Below, one piece after another: positions 1 through 9,321 of a stretch of 64,000 nucleotides of DNA. Numbering within the stretch: the first letter of the stretch is position 1; each line of letters opens with the position of its first letter. A program made the position numbers and the translations under genes. The notes beneath the pieces were generated by a model. The model was given only the letters and a program-made list of their open reading frames with translations, was not told the origin of the DNA and did not search any database. Source of the stretch: Blastocatellia bacterium (GTDB lineage: Bacteria; Acidobacteriota; Blastocatellia; UBA7656). The DNA lies in assembly GCA_963765495.1 (NCBI GenBank), contig CAVXWP010000016.1, positions 256,001 through 320,000 of the forward strand. The letters run 5' to 3'.

Positions 1-2273
1 AGTTTGAAAGCCGCTCCCCGCACAGATGCCGGGTTTCCGGGCGCAGCATATTTCATCCCTATTTCGAGCGCCTTCGGGTCGCCCAGCGCCGCAAGCCCTG
101 AAATCGCGCCCGCCCGAATCGTGCCGTTCCAGGACTCCTGCTTCAGGGTTTCGGTCAGGAGAGCGTAAGCCTGAGGAGCGCCCGTTTGCCCGAGCGCGGT
201 CGCGGCCTCAGATATTGCGAAATAGCTCGGATCGGAATTTATGATCTTTACAAAGAGGTCGGCCAGATTCGGATCTTTGAATTTAGCCAGCCCCTTGATC
301 GCTTCGCGCCGGATGCGCGAATCTTTGTCTTTAACCGCCTCAAGCAACCCCTGGCGAGCCGGGTCGGTGTTGAATCCTGCCAGCGCCTCGGTAGCCTCGA
401 TACGCACGCCCCAGAAGGCATCCGACCGCGCGGCTTCCGAAAGCGCTTTGGCGGCAGTGTCGCTGTGATTTGCCGCAAGCTGGCTTGCCGCAAGCACGCG
501 CCCCATCGAATCCTTGTCGTGCAGCAATTGATAGGCAAGCTCTTCTTCCGTGCGGTCAAACTTCACCTTCTTTATAAGGTAATTGCCACGGTCGAAATTC
601 ACTATCAGAGGTTTAGAGTCTACGTCGAATGTGAACTCCTTTTCCGGTTGATCTATCCATACGCGATGGACATGCTCGCCCGAGAGGGTCGTGACGGCGA
701 TGTCTACGGGCATGGTGAAATATTCGGGCTGTTCAAACCACGGATGCTTGTCGTCTTTTGAGACCGTCTGTTTGACCGTCATCTTGAGCGACTTTGCCGA
801 CGGATCGAAATTTGACGTAATGGTGAATTCCGGGTGGCCCATCTTGTAGACCCACTCATCGAAAAACCACCCGAGGTTTTGCCCCGTGGCCTCTTCTATC
901 GCGACGACGAGTTGCGACGTCTCCACATTCTGCCACTGATACTTTTTGACGTAATGATTTATAGCCTTCCAGAACAATTCCTCGCCGAGCGTAAAGCGCA
1001 GCATGTTGAGCACTGCGCCGCCGCGCGGATAGGCGTATGTGTCAAACAAAGCGTCCGGGTCTCCGTAGCGCTTTGTGACTATGGGGCGGCGGTTGCCCTG
1101 ATCCCATGTCTGGTAATAGCCCTTTTGATTTCCGAGCATCTCGTAGAGGTATGCGTCTTTGCCTTTGTCGTGCTCGGTCCACAGAGCTTCAAAGAAGGTG
1201 GCGAAAGATTCGTTCAGCCAGATCTCGCCCCAATCGCGACACGTCAGCAGGTCGCCAAACCACTGATGCGCCAGTTCGTGCGAGGCTATCTCGTCGCTCG
1301 ATAAATCCAGATGGGCTCGCTCGTCGTGGAGGGCGTTGTCGGTCATCGTCGTCGCGGTAACGTTCTCCATCGCGCCGCCGAAATCCCGCACAAGCGTCTG
1401 CGCATATTTATTGTAGGGGTAATCATAGCCGATCTTTTCGGAAAAGAATGCGACCATATCAGGCAGCTTTCCGAAGGAGACGCGCCCTTCTTCGAGGTGG
1501 CCCGGGTAGACGTTTGAAACCACAGGGATGGATTTAAACTGCCCTTTGACCTGCTCGTACTGGCCTACGATTATTGAAACCAGATAACTCGAAAACGGCC
1601 TATCCATCTTCCAGTGCCAGGTCTTTGTCTTCTTCCCCGCATCACTTGTGACGCCGACAAGCTCTCCATTCGAGACGACCTGATACTTGTCTTCGACCGT
1701 GGCGATCATTTCCGACGTAGCCTTATCGTTTGGATAGTCATAGCAGGGGAACCAGTAATGGTTTGTCTTTGCCTCGCCCTGCGACCATATTTGATAAGGA
1801 CGGGTCGGGTCGGCCTCAGACGGCGTGATAAAGGTCAGCCCCTGAGTCGGCGTTGCAGTGTAGTCAATTACGACTGCGACATCCTGAGCAGGGTTGTAGC
1901 CGTGGTCGAGTGTGACATAGAGCTTTTCATCGCCTTCGTATCTGTACTTGAGCGCGTTGCCGGAAGCGAGCTTTACCGATTTGATCTGCATATGACCGGC
2001 GTCTATCTCAAGCTCTGTCAAACCGTCTTTGAAAGGGCGGAAAGTGATAGTGGTTTCGCCCGTCACCGATCTTTTTACCCAGTCGAAACTCAAGGCTATC
2101 TTGTAGTGTTGAACATCATAATCGTGACTGCGGGGCCACTGGTAAGGCGGCGCTTCGGGGGCTTTCGCCGGAGCGGGCGCCTGAGCCCAGCCCCCGAGCG
2201 GAGCCGCTACAAGTAGAAAAGCGAGCGCAAGCGCCCGCGTGAATCTGAAGAGATTATGTCGAGGTTGAGTCAT
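1..2273 (-). CDS. M1 family (aminopeptidase N-like) zinc metallopeptidase with signal peptide; 3' end runs off the window
   Basis: Absent from the ORF track because there is no stop in the window. Manual minus-strand translation from ATG 2273 gives MTQPRHNLFRFTRALALAFLLVAAPLGGWAQ..., then GGAMEN (~1380-1360) and HELAHQWFGDLLTCRDWGEIWLNESFA (HEXXH-X18-E, ~1280-1200). Confidence 0.92.
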   Translation of the reverse strand, partial: MTQPRHNLFRFTRALALAFLLVAAPLGGWAQAPAPAKAPEAPPYQWPRSHDYDVQHYKIALSFDWVKRSVTGETTITFRPFKDGLTELEIDAGHMQIKSVKLASGNALKYRYEGDEKLYVTLDHGYNPAQDVAVVIDYTATPTQGLTFITPSEADPTRPYQIWSQGEAKTNHYWFPCYDYPNDKATSEMIATVEDKYQVVSNGELVGVTSDAGKKTKTWHWKMDRPFSSYLVSIIVGQYEQVKGQFKSIPVVSNVYPGHLEEGRVSFGKLPDMVAFFSEKIGYDYPYNKYAQTLVRDFGGAMENVTATTMTDNALHDERAHLDLSSDEIASHELAHQWFGDLLTCRDWGEIWLNESFATFFEALWTEHDKGKDAYLYEMLGNQKGYYQTWDQGNRRPIVTKRYGDPDALFDTYAYPRGGAVLNMLRFTLGEELFWKAINHYVKKYQWQNVETSQLVVAIEEATGQNLGWFFDEWVYKMGHPEFTITSNFDPSAKSLKMTVKQTVSKDDKHPWFEQPEYFTMPVDIAVTTLSGEHVHRVWIDQPEKEFTFDVDSKPLIVNFDRGNYLIKKVKFDRTEEELAYQLLHDKDSMGRVLAASQLAANHSDTAAKALSEAARSDAFWGVRIEATEALAGFNTDPARQGLLEAVKDKDSRIRREAIKGLAKFKDPNLADLFVKIINSDPSYFAISEAATALGQTGAPQAYALLTETLKQESWNGTIRAGAISGLAALGDPKALEIGMKYAAPGNPASVRGAAFK

Positions 2274-2289
2274 ATATTGGTCCTTTGCA

Positions 2290-2392
2290 CGTTGTCATTT
2301 GTCCGTCGTACATCGTTGAATTCTTCGCCTGTTGCTTCAGGGCTTCATACGACTGCCGGGATTCAGTGTTCCGAACAACGGGCAAATGACAA
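2290..2392. repeat. Intergenic imperfect inverted repeat (CGTTGTCATTTGTCCGTCGT ... ACAACGGGCAAATGACAACG)
   Basis: Complementary arms about 20 nt long flank a spacer between two minus-strand genes. Confidence 0.65.
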
Positions 2393-2406
2393 CGGACTAT
2401 TGCGGT

Positions 2407-3432
2407 CTAATTTCCTTTCATCTCATCATAAACCGCTCCGATATTGGATTGAAAGCGCTGATCGTAACCGTTATAGGCTGTGTACTGAGGAAGCCTGACA
2501 GAATCAAGCGCCTGTTGGCGCGATTTGCCCGCATCTATTGCCTGTTTAACGGCGGCGCGCAGATCGATGAAGTATTGCTTGAAGGCCTTCAAATCGTTTA
2601 CGCCCGTGACCTCGCCGTGGCCCGGAATGACTTGAGATGCGGGGTCCACCCTCGCAACCACGGCGTCTATCGTCTCGATCCATTCGGCGGTCGAAGCGCC
2701 GTGATCCCGATCTATGAAGGGGATCATTTTATTGAAAAACAGATCGCCCATGTGAACTATCTTCTGTTCGGGAAAATAGATAATGGAGTCACCGTCCGTG
2801 TGGCCGCGCTTGACGTGAAAGACCTGAATCTCTTTGCCGCCGAGATACAGATTGATCTGGTGATTGAAGGTCAGATTGGGAGCGGGGATTTCGGCGACCT
2901 TTACGGCGCGCGCGGTCTCGACATTCTTTTTCCAGCTTTCAAGTTGAAACCGCAATCCGTCGAGGTCGCTTGATTGAGGATTATCTTTTTCGAGTTGAGC
3001 GATCTTCGCCTCAAGCTCGCCGATTCTCTTCGTTCCCACCTCAATAGTTTCCTCGGGCTGTGCGAGCATGTGTTTTCGGACGTTTTCGTGAGCGACGATT
3101 GTAGTCATCTTGATAAAGTACGCGTTGCCGCCCGTGTGATCGCCGTGATGGTGGGTGTTGATCAGAAAACGAATGGGCAGGTTTGTGACCGATTTGATCT
3201 GCTCGCCTATGCCGGGCGCAAGATCGGCAAATTGATCGTCTATTACGACCACGCCTTCTGCGGTCACGGCAAAGCCTATGTTGCCGCCGCGCCCGTATAA
3301 CACATAAACATCTTCGGAAAGCTTCTTGAGCGTAAAGGGCCCTTTGTCCTGCGGCTTTCCGTCGTGACCGTAGCCGGGTTCGCAGAGCGAGAAGAGGAAA
3401 AAGATCAAGGCCAGGGAAACGAGTCTTTTCAT
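2407..3432 (-). CDS. MBL-fold metallo-hydrolase (cyclase-like), exported
   Basis: THHHGDHTGGN metal motif, GHTDGD, HMGDLF, IPGHG. Start moved to MKRLVSLAL (signal peptide) because the upstream ORF extension runs through a repeat element. Confidence 0.9.
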   Translation of the reverse strand: MKRLVSLALIFFLFSLCEPGYGHDGKPQDKGPFTLKKLSEDVYVLYGRGGNIGFAVTAEGVVVIDDQFADLAPGIGEQIKSVTNLPIRFLINTHHHGDHTGGNAYFIKMTTIVAHENVRKHMLAQPEETIEVGTKRIGELEAKIAQLEKDNPQSSDLDGLRFQLESWKKNVETARAVKVAEIPAPNLTFNHQINLYLGGKEIQVFHVKRGHTDGDSIIYFPEQKIVHMGDLFFNKMIPFIDRDHGASTAEWIETIDAVVARVDPASQVIPGHGEVTGVNDLKAFKQYFIDLRAAVKQAIDAGKSRQQALDSVRLPQYTAYNGYDQRFQSNIGAVYDEMKGN

Positions 3433-3450
3433 GAAGTTCACTCCGTACAG

Positions 3451-3553
3451 GTGATGCGCGATGCGTGATTCGTGATTTAGCAGTCCTGCAAGACCGCTTA
3501 AACCTGCGGCCTGCCTGAAAGTCACGGATCACGTATCACGCATCGCGCATCGC
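3451..3553. repeat. Heptamer-based palindromic element (GTGATGC/GTGATTC ... ATCACGC), family copy 1
   Basis: Tandem (C)GTGAT(G/T)C units face complementary ATCACG units. Related copies lie at 18568-18708 and 34516-34612. Confidence 0.8.
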
Positions 3554-3554
3554 G

Positions 3555-4124
3555 TTATGGTTTTTTAGCGCCGTCGTGATCGTGGTCGCCGTCGCTGTGC
3601 TCGTGCGGGGCCAGATAAGGAACCTTCGCCTCGGCCCAGGCGCTAAATTTGCCGAGTCGGCCTTCAAGCACGAACGTGTCGGTATCGTTATTCGGGCGCA
3701 GGTCGAAGCTCAGATAATTGACCGTAGATGCGCCCGTGCTTGTCTGCAAGGGAATCTCTATATCCTTTCCTTCGCCGCTCAGAACAAGTTTGAAATCGTC
3801 GTTTGCGCCAAAATTTATGCCCATACCATAAGAGCCTTTTGGCACATTCACGCCACCGATTACGATATCGAATTCCGTATCGAACATGCCGATCTTTTTC
3901 CACAATACCGAATTGAGACGTGTGCGTAACTGGTCGTTCTTCTTGGCGGCCATATAGCCGGGCTCGTTCCAGTGAAGCGATTTGTAGGTCATCGTGAGTT
4001 TGCCCGCACCCTCTATACTGAGCGCGTGGGTGAACTCCTTTGCGGTTGTGCGCGGATCGTGGGCGAATACGATTTGAGATGCCGTCAGAAAAATCATCAG
4101 AGCCGAAAAGAGTATCTTCTTCAT
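3555..4124 (-). CDS. Exported hypothetical protein (DUF2911-like) with His/Asp-rich tail
   Basis: Signal peptide ending VFA-H; 'IGGVNVPKGSYGM' resembles the DUF2911 core; C-terminus HEHSDGDHDHD; RBS AAGGAG. Confidence 0.7.
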   Translation of the reverse strand: MKKILFSALMIFLTASQIVFAHDPRTTAKEFTHALSIEGAGKLTMTYKSLHWNEPGYMAAKKNDQLRTRLNSVLWKKIGMFDTEFDIVIGGVNVPKGSYGMGINFGANDDFKLVLSGEGKDIEIPLQTSTGASTVNYLSFDLRPNNDTDTFVLEGRLGKFSAWAEAKVPYLAPHEHSDGDHDHDGAKKP

Positions 4125-4523
4125 TTACTAATCTCCTTGTTATGCGCGCCCTTCACCCGAAGCGTGGTGGATGAGGTCGAAGCGGCGCGATTGGTTTGGC
4201 CTTGCGGCCTGTACAAACGCTGATAGTTCCAAGCAGGTCTCGCCCGATAAGCTATAACCGTGCTTTGACTGATGCTTTAACAATCAGGGCCTCGCCGGGC
4301 GAAGCGAAAATTATATCTTCCAGCCAGCAATGTTACAACGCGAGCGGGATAACTGCGACGAGGGCGGCGCGAAGTGGACGGGCTTGATGATGAATTTGTT
4401 TATCGTCCGTTTTGCGTCTCAGCGGGCAACTATTCCCCGCAACGTCGCAAAGTAGGATAAAGCACGTTATGGATTCCCTGAAAATTAAATGGCCCTGCAA
4501 CCGATAACGGGTAAAACCTAATG

Positions 4524-4553
4524 TTGACTTGGATTGATTGCCTAACCTACTAT
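4524..4553 (+). promoter_or_regulatory. Putative sigma70 promoter of tatA-tatC
   Basis: TTGACT-N18-TACTAT about 80 nt upstream of the tatA start. Confidence 0.45.
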
Positions 4554-4634
4554 TGATGAGAGCGATGAAACGGTGAAGCTGATCATAAGCTTATCTCCCT
4601 CAAAATTCGCTGGAGTACGGGTGAGGAAATAGTT

Positions 4635-4979
4635 ATGGGTAATCTTGGATGGACTGAGATTTTAGTTATTCTCGTCATTGCATTGATCATATTCGGCCCG
4701 CGCAAGCTGCCGGAACTGGGAAAGAGTCTGGGGCAGAGCCTGGCTCAATTCCGCAAGGCAAGCGACGACTTTAAAGCTACGTGGACGGCGGAGGTCGAAA
4801 CCGAAAGGCAAAAACTGGAAGCGCCGCCCAGGATCGAGCCTGCCGCCGACACTACCGCCAGAGCCTATCAGGAGGGAGAGAACGATTTTCTTCCTTCTAT
4901 CACACCTGTTGACGAGATGCCTGCTACAGTTTCCCGCGACGATTCAATAACCAAACAGGCCAAAAGCGACTGGATGTAG
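4635..4979 (+). CDS. tatA: Twin-arginine translocase TatA/TatB subunit
   Basis: MGNLGWTEILVILVIALIIFGPRKLPELGKSLG signature; lies directly upstream of tatC. The FGP motif makes TatB also possible. Confidence 0.9.
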   Translation: MGNLGWTEILVILVIALIIFGPRKLPELGKSLGQSLAQFRKASDDFKATWTAEVETERQKLEAPPRIEPAADTTARAYQEGENDFLPSITPVDEMPATVSRDDSITKQAKSDWM

Positions 4980-5052
4980 AGTACAGAGCAAAGGGGCTAA
5001 GGGCTAGTGGCAAATGGCTCTTTGCTCTTTGTTCTTAGCTCCGTAACCTTAT

Positions 5053-6117
5053 ATGAGCACAGCTACCGAGACATACGAGGAAAAAGACCTGCACCAGGAA
5101 GAAGGGGGCATGTCGTTTCTCGAACATCTGGACGAGTTACGCACGCGCCTCATTCGCAGCGCACTGTTCGTGCTCGTGGCGTTTGCCCTTTGCTGGGCAT
5201 TTTCCGACAGGATTTATGATTTCCTGCAAGTGCCGGTTCGCGCCGCTATGACCGAGGCCAACCGGGAGGCGAGAACCCCTCTGCCGGGGAGTGTTACGCT
5301 CCTGTCCCTGGTGGACCTTCCCGACGGCACGCTGGTCAACTTCACATTTCCTACAGAAACCAGAATAGATCAGGCGCTTATCCCGGCCGGGACTACGATC
5401 ACTGTAAAGGTACAGCTGGGAGCGGACGGCGTACCCGATCTGGTTACCGACAAACCCTGGGTGATAAACAACCGGGCGGTAATACCGGAAGGTTACAGGG
5501 TGCCGCGCGAAATGATTGCGCCCACAGCCGCCACGATGGGGTCAGACACCCGGCTCGTAGTGGGAACCGTGCAGGGAGCCTTCAATCTATATATCAAGGT
5601 CTCTTTCTATGCGGCGCTCTTTTTCGCCGTGCCGTTTCTGCTGGTTCAGGTCTGGGGATTTGTGTCGCCGGGACTCTATCCGCACGAGAAGAAATATGCC
5701 GCGCCCTTCATCATAATGGCTTCGGCATTCTTCCTTCTGGGTTGCGCCTTCGCATATTACATCGCATTTCCGCGCGCGGCCAATTTTCTGCTGGGAGTGG
5801 CGGCCGAAGGCAACCTCAGACCGCTTGTGACCGCAGACGATTATTTCGATCTTATAATCACGATAATGCTCGGGCTCGGGCTGGTCTTCGAGATACCGGC
5901 GGTGACGCTGTTTCTGGCGCGGATGGGTCTTGTGACGCCGCGATTGCTGTTAAAGGTCTGGCGCTTTGCCATAATCGGCATATTCATAGTGGCGGCGGTG
6001 TTATCGCCCACGACCGATATACCGAATCTGCTGGTCTTTGCCGCACCGATGCTGTTGCTCTACTTCCTGAGCGTAGGCATCGCCTGGATTTTTCACCGTA
6101 AGCGAGAGGCCCGCTAA
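5053..6117 (+). CDS. tatC: Twin-arginine translocase subunit TatC
   Basis: MSFLEHLDELRTRL, WGFVSPGLYPHEKK, GLVFEIP, AAVLSPTTD motifs; multiple TM helices. Confidence 0.95.
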   Translation: MSTATETYEEKDLHQEEGGMSFLEHLDELRTRLIRSALFVLVAFALCWAFSDRIYDFLQVPVRAAMTEANREARTPLPGSVTLLSLVDLPDGTLVNFTFPTETRIDQALIPAGTTITVKVQLGADGVPDLVTDKPWVINNRAVIPEGYRVPREMIAPTAATMGSDTRLVVGTVQGAFNLYIKVSFYAALFFAVPFLLVQVWGFVSPGLYPHEKKYAAPFIIMASAFFLLGCAFAYYIAFPRAANFLLGVAAEGNLRPLVTADDYFDLIITIMLGLGLVFEIPAVTLFLARMGLVTPRLLLKVWRFAIIGIFIVAAVLSPTTDIPNLLVFAAPMLLLYFLSVGIAWIFHRKREAR

Positions 6118-6318
6118 GGACTGTCGAAGTTGTGTCGCAAGTTTAAGATTCGGTTTCATTCTATGGGTGTCTGAAAGGAAGACCGGGCACGCAGAGAGAG
6201 TACTTGACCGGCTGGAAGCGCTCCACGTAAACTTAGATTTCAGATTTTTCAACGCTCACTTTATGCACAACCTTTGAGAGACAAGGTTATAGCCACTCAG
6301 GCGAAAGGAGTAGTAGTA

Positions 6319-7980
6319 ATGAAGAGTGATCTTAGCCTCTTCAAAAAGGTTTTCGGCATCACCATGATTTTGATCTTGGTAGCCGGAGTGGTCCCCGCAG
6401 CGCTTGCGCGTGATGGCCAGCAAAAAGACCCTAATGAAAAGAAGAAACGGCAAGAGCTTAATAGCGTCTACAAAAAATGGATCGATGAAGATGTCAATTA
6501 CATCATCACCGATCAGGAACGCAAAGCCTTCAAGGCGCTCAAGACAGACGAAGAGCGCGACCAGTTTATAGAGCAGTTCTGGCTGCGCCGTGACCCCGAT
6601 CCCGATACCCCCGAAAACGAGTACAAAGAGACATACTACGAACGCATACAATATGCCAACGAGCATTACGCTTCGGGGATACCGGGCTGGAAGACTGACC
6701 GGGGACGCATTTATGTGATGTACGGCAAGCCGGATGAGCTTGAGTCTCACCCGTCGGGCGGCTCTTATGACCGCCCCACATATGAAGGCGGCGGGTCTAC
6801 GACTACCTATCCTTTCGAGATATGGTGGTATCGCTATATCGAAGGCATAGGCTCCGACATCGAGATAGAATTTGTTGATCCCACAGGCACAGGCGAATAC
6901 CGCATAGCTCGCAGCCCTGATGAAAAGGATGCTCTGCTTTATGTGCCAAATGCGGGTCTTACGCTTGCCGAAAGCCTCGGCCTAAGCTCCAAAGCCGACC
7001 GCATCGGCGGAAACGGGTTGTATGGACAGAGCAACGGCGTTTTCGGCACCAGAGCCAAGGACAGCCCTTTCGAGCGGTTGCAATTGTGGAACGATCTGCA
7101 AAAGCCGCCCACTATAAAATTCCGTGACCTCCAGATCCAGGCCGATCTTCCCGAAATCGCTACCGATATTTTGCCGTTTAGCGTGCGCACCGATTTTATG
7201 CGTATTACAAACGACGCGGTCGCCACCTCCTTTACCATGCAGTTCGATCACACGGATCTCTCTTTCAAGAATGTAGGCGGCATATATTCGTCCTCAGTGA
7301 ATATTTTTGCGAGGATAACGAGCCTGACAGGCCGCCGCGAAGGTAAGTTCGAAGATGTGGTCGAGACGGCGCGTTATACCGAGGACCAGCTTGCAGTAGG
7401 CCAGCTTCAGCGCTCGGTTTATGAAAAGAATGTTGTGCTGCCGCCGGGCCGCTACAAGCTCGATGTCGTAGCGCGTGATGTGGTCAGCGGCAAGACCGGA
7501 ATACTTCATCACTCGTTTGAAGTGCCCCGGTATCAGGAAAAGCAACTCGCAACAAGCACGCTGATACTGGCTACCTCTATCGAACCGCTCGACAATCGAA
7601 CCATAGCCGCGGGCGCGTTTATCAAAGGCCGCTACAAGGTCAAGCCTTTTGTGAGCGGCGTCTATAAACCCGGGCAGAATCTTGCGCTGTTCCTTCAGGT
7701 CTATGACGCGCAGATGGATCAGGCTACGCTACAACCGGCCCTCAAAGTCGAATATATAATCACAAAGGGCAATCAAGAGGTCCTGCACATCGTAGAAGAT
7801 GGAAAGACCAAACAGGGCATCATGGATCTCAAGGGGCAACAGTTAGTGCTTGCTCGGGCCATACCCTTACAGGAGCAACTGGCGCAACCGGGCACCTACA
7901 CGCTCACGGCCAAAATCACCGATCTGGTCTCTCAAAAGGTGGTCACACCACAGACCCAGTTCACCGTCGTGAATCGGTAG
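6319..7980 (+). CDS. GWxTD domain-containing exported protein
   Basis: [37 protein letters not shown] motifs; signal peptide after ATG 6319 with RBS AAGGAG. Confidence 0.92.
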   Translation: MKSDLSLFKKVFGITMILILVAGVVPAALARDGQQKDPNEKKKRQELNSVYKKWIDEDVNYIITDQERKAFKALKTDEERDQFIEQFWLRRDPDPDTPENEYKETYYERIQYANEHYASGIPGWKTDRGRIYVMYGKPDELESHPSGGSYDRPTYEGGGSTTTYPFEIWWYRYIEGIGSDIEIEFVDPTGTGEYRIARSPDEKDALLYVPNAGLTLAESLGLSSKADRIGGNGLYGQSNGVFGTRAKDSPFERLQLWNDLQKPPTIKFRDLQIQADLPEIATDILPFSVRTDFMRITNDAVATSFTMQFDHTDLSFKNVGGIYSSSVNIFARITSLTGRREGKFEDVVETARYTEDQLAVGQLQRSVYEKNVVLPPGRYKLDVVARDVVSGKTGILHHSFEVPRYQEKQLATSTLILATSIEPLDNRTIAAGAFIKGRYKVKPFVSGVYKPGQNLALFLQVYDAQMDQATLQPALKVEYIITKGNQEVLHIVEDGKTKQGIMDLKGQQLVLARAIPLQEQLAQPGTYTLTAKITDLVSQKVVTPQTQFTVVNR

Positions 7981-8008
7981 ACGCACTCTTTTTCCGCGTC
8001 CCCGTTTG

Positions 8009-8046
8009 AAAAGGGCTTGCTCACGCAGGCCCTTTTTCTTTTGTTT
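8009..8046 (+). terminator. Rho-independent terminator
   Basis: AAAAGGGCTTGC-TCAC-GCAGGCCCTTTT hairpin followed by a T-rich tract downstream of the GWxTD gene. Confidence 0.75.
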
Positions 8047-8176
8047 CGACCGGAAATTCGAGCATCCCGAAATTAATATTCACCGGGCTGATGCAGTCGT
8101 ATGAATTTATCTTTCCGTTTCAGATTCATCTTGATATTATCTGTCACTAGCGTAGGTGCGACAGGCTAAAGGATCC

Positions 8177-9211
8177 ATGAAATTCTCAATCAGTAATCCA
8201 TTCACAGAAGACATGGCCGTTGATCTCGGCACGGTGTACACATTTATCTACACTCGTGGGCGAGGCCAGGTAGTAAACGAACCCTCTCTGGTAGCGATAG
8301 ACCGGGTCAGCGGCGAAGTCATCGCCGCAGGCAACGAAGCGCTCGAAATGCTCGGTCGCTCGCCCGAAGATGTAGAGGTCGCCTATCCGATGCGCGACGG
8401 GGTGGTAGCCGATTCCGAGCTTGCGCAGGTGATGCTTGGTAAATTCCTGCGCAAAGCGCGAGGCGGTCGCGCCTTCTTTTCACGTCGCATAATCATGAGC
8501 GTTCCTTCCGGCATCACTTCGGTCGAACGCTTTGCCATCCGGGAAGTAGTAAAAGGCATAGGCGTCAGCCGCGTATATCTGGTAGAAGAAGGGCTGGCCA
8601 CGGCGCTCGGAGCCAACCTGCCCATAGATCAAATGAAAGCCTCTATGGTCGTAGACATAGGCGGAGGGACTACCTCTATCGCCGTGATTGCCAATGCCGG
8701 TATCGTAGAGTCTGAAACGCTCAGAATCGGCGGATTAGACCTCGATCTCGCCATCACCGATTATATAAAGCATCATCACCACATACTGATAGGCGAGCGA
8801 ACGGCTGAGAGGTTGAAGATGGTGCTCGGTTCGGCTACCGATCCGGTCGAAAATCACAAGAGTGTGGTCAAGGGGCAGAATATCAATGAAGGCGGCCCGG
8901 AAGTGTCCGAGGTGGCTGCGATAGAGATTCACAAAGCCATAGACAGCGTCATAAAGCAGATGGTCGAAGCCATTCGACAGGTTCTCGAGCGCGTGCCGCC
9001 CGAGGTTGCAAGCGATATACACGACCGTGGATTGGTTCTGACGGGTGGAATGTCGCTGATGGCCGGCATGGATGAACGTATCAGCGCCGCTACGCGCCTG
9101 AAAGTTATTATCGCCGAAAGCCCGAAACAAACACTGGGGCAGGGCTTGATTGCGCTCTATGAAAACCCGCTCCTGCTTCGGCGGATCGCTCGCAATGTCG
9201 AATTGTCCTGA
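8177..9211 (+). CDS. mreB: MreB-family actin-like protein (stand-alone paralog)
   Basis: DMAVDLGT, NEPSLVA, PMRDGVVAD, VVDIGGGTT, IGERTAERLK, LVLTGG motifs. Start could also be GTG 8156. Confidence 0.85.
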   Translation: MKFSISNPFTEDMAVDLGTVYTFIYTRGRGQVVNEPSLVAIDRVSGEVIAAGNEALEMLGRSPEDVEVAYPMRDGVVADSELAQVMLGKFLRKARGGRAFFSRRIIMSVPSGITSVERFAIREVVKGIGVSRVYLVEEGLATALGANLPIDQMKASMVVDIGGGTTSIAVIANAGIVESETLRIGGLDLDLAITDYIKHHHHILIGERTAERLKMVLGSATDPVENHKSVVKGQNINEGGPEVSEVAAIEIHKAIDSVIKQMVEAIRQVLERVPPEVASDIHDRGLVLTGGMSLMAGMDERISAATRLKVIIAESPKQTLGQGLIALYENPLLLRRIARNVELS

Positions 9212-9321
9212 GCAGTAAACAGTAGGCAGTTACGGAGGTGGATACCTACTATTCATATATATACCCCGCGTTCTCTTTAGCAGTAGTCATCAGTTCAGCA
9301 TCAACTGCCTACTGCCTACTG
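9211..9321. repeat. CAGTAGG/CCTACTG heptamer palindromic element, copy 1
   Basis: CAGTAAACAGTAGGCAGT ... ACTGCCTACTGCCTACTG between convergent genes; a related element lies at 56826-56958. Confidence 0.6.

Noticed and set aside
26-2216. Several + strand ORFs (e.g. 186-761, 834-1304, 1614-2216)
   Set aside because: They are antisense shadows of the minus-strand M1 aminopeptidase, which the ORF track missed because it has no stop in the window.
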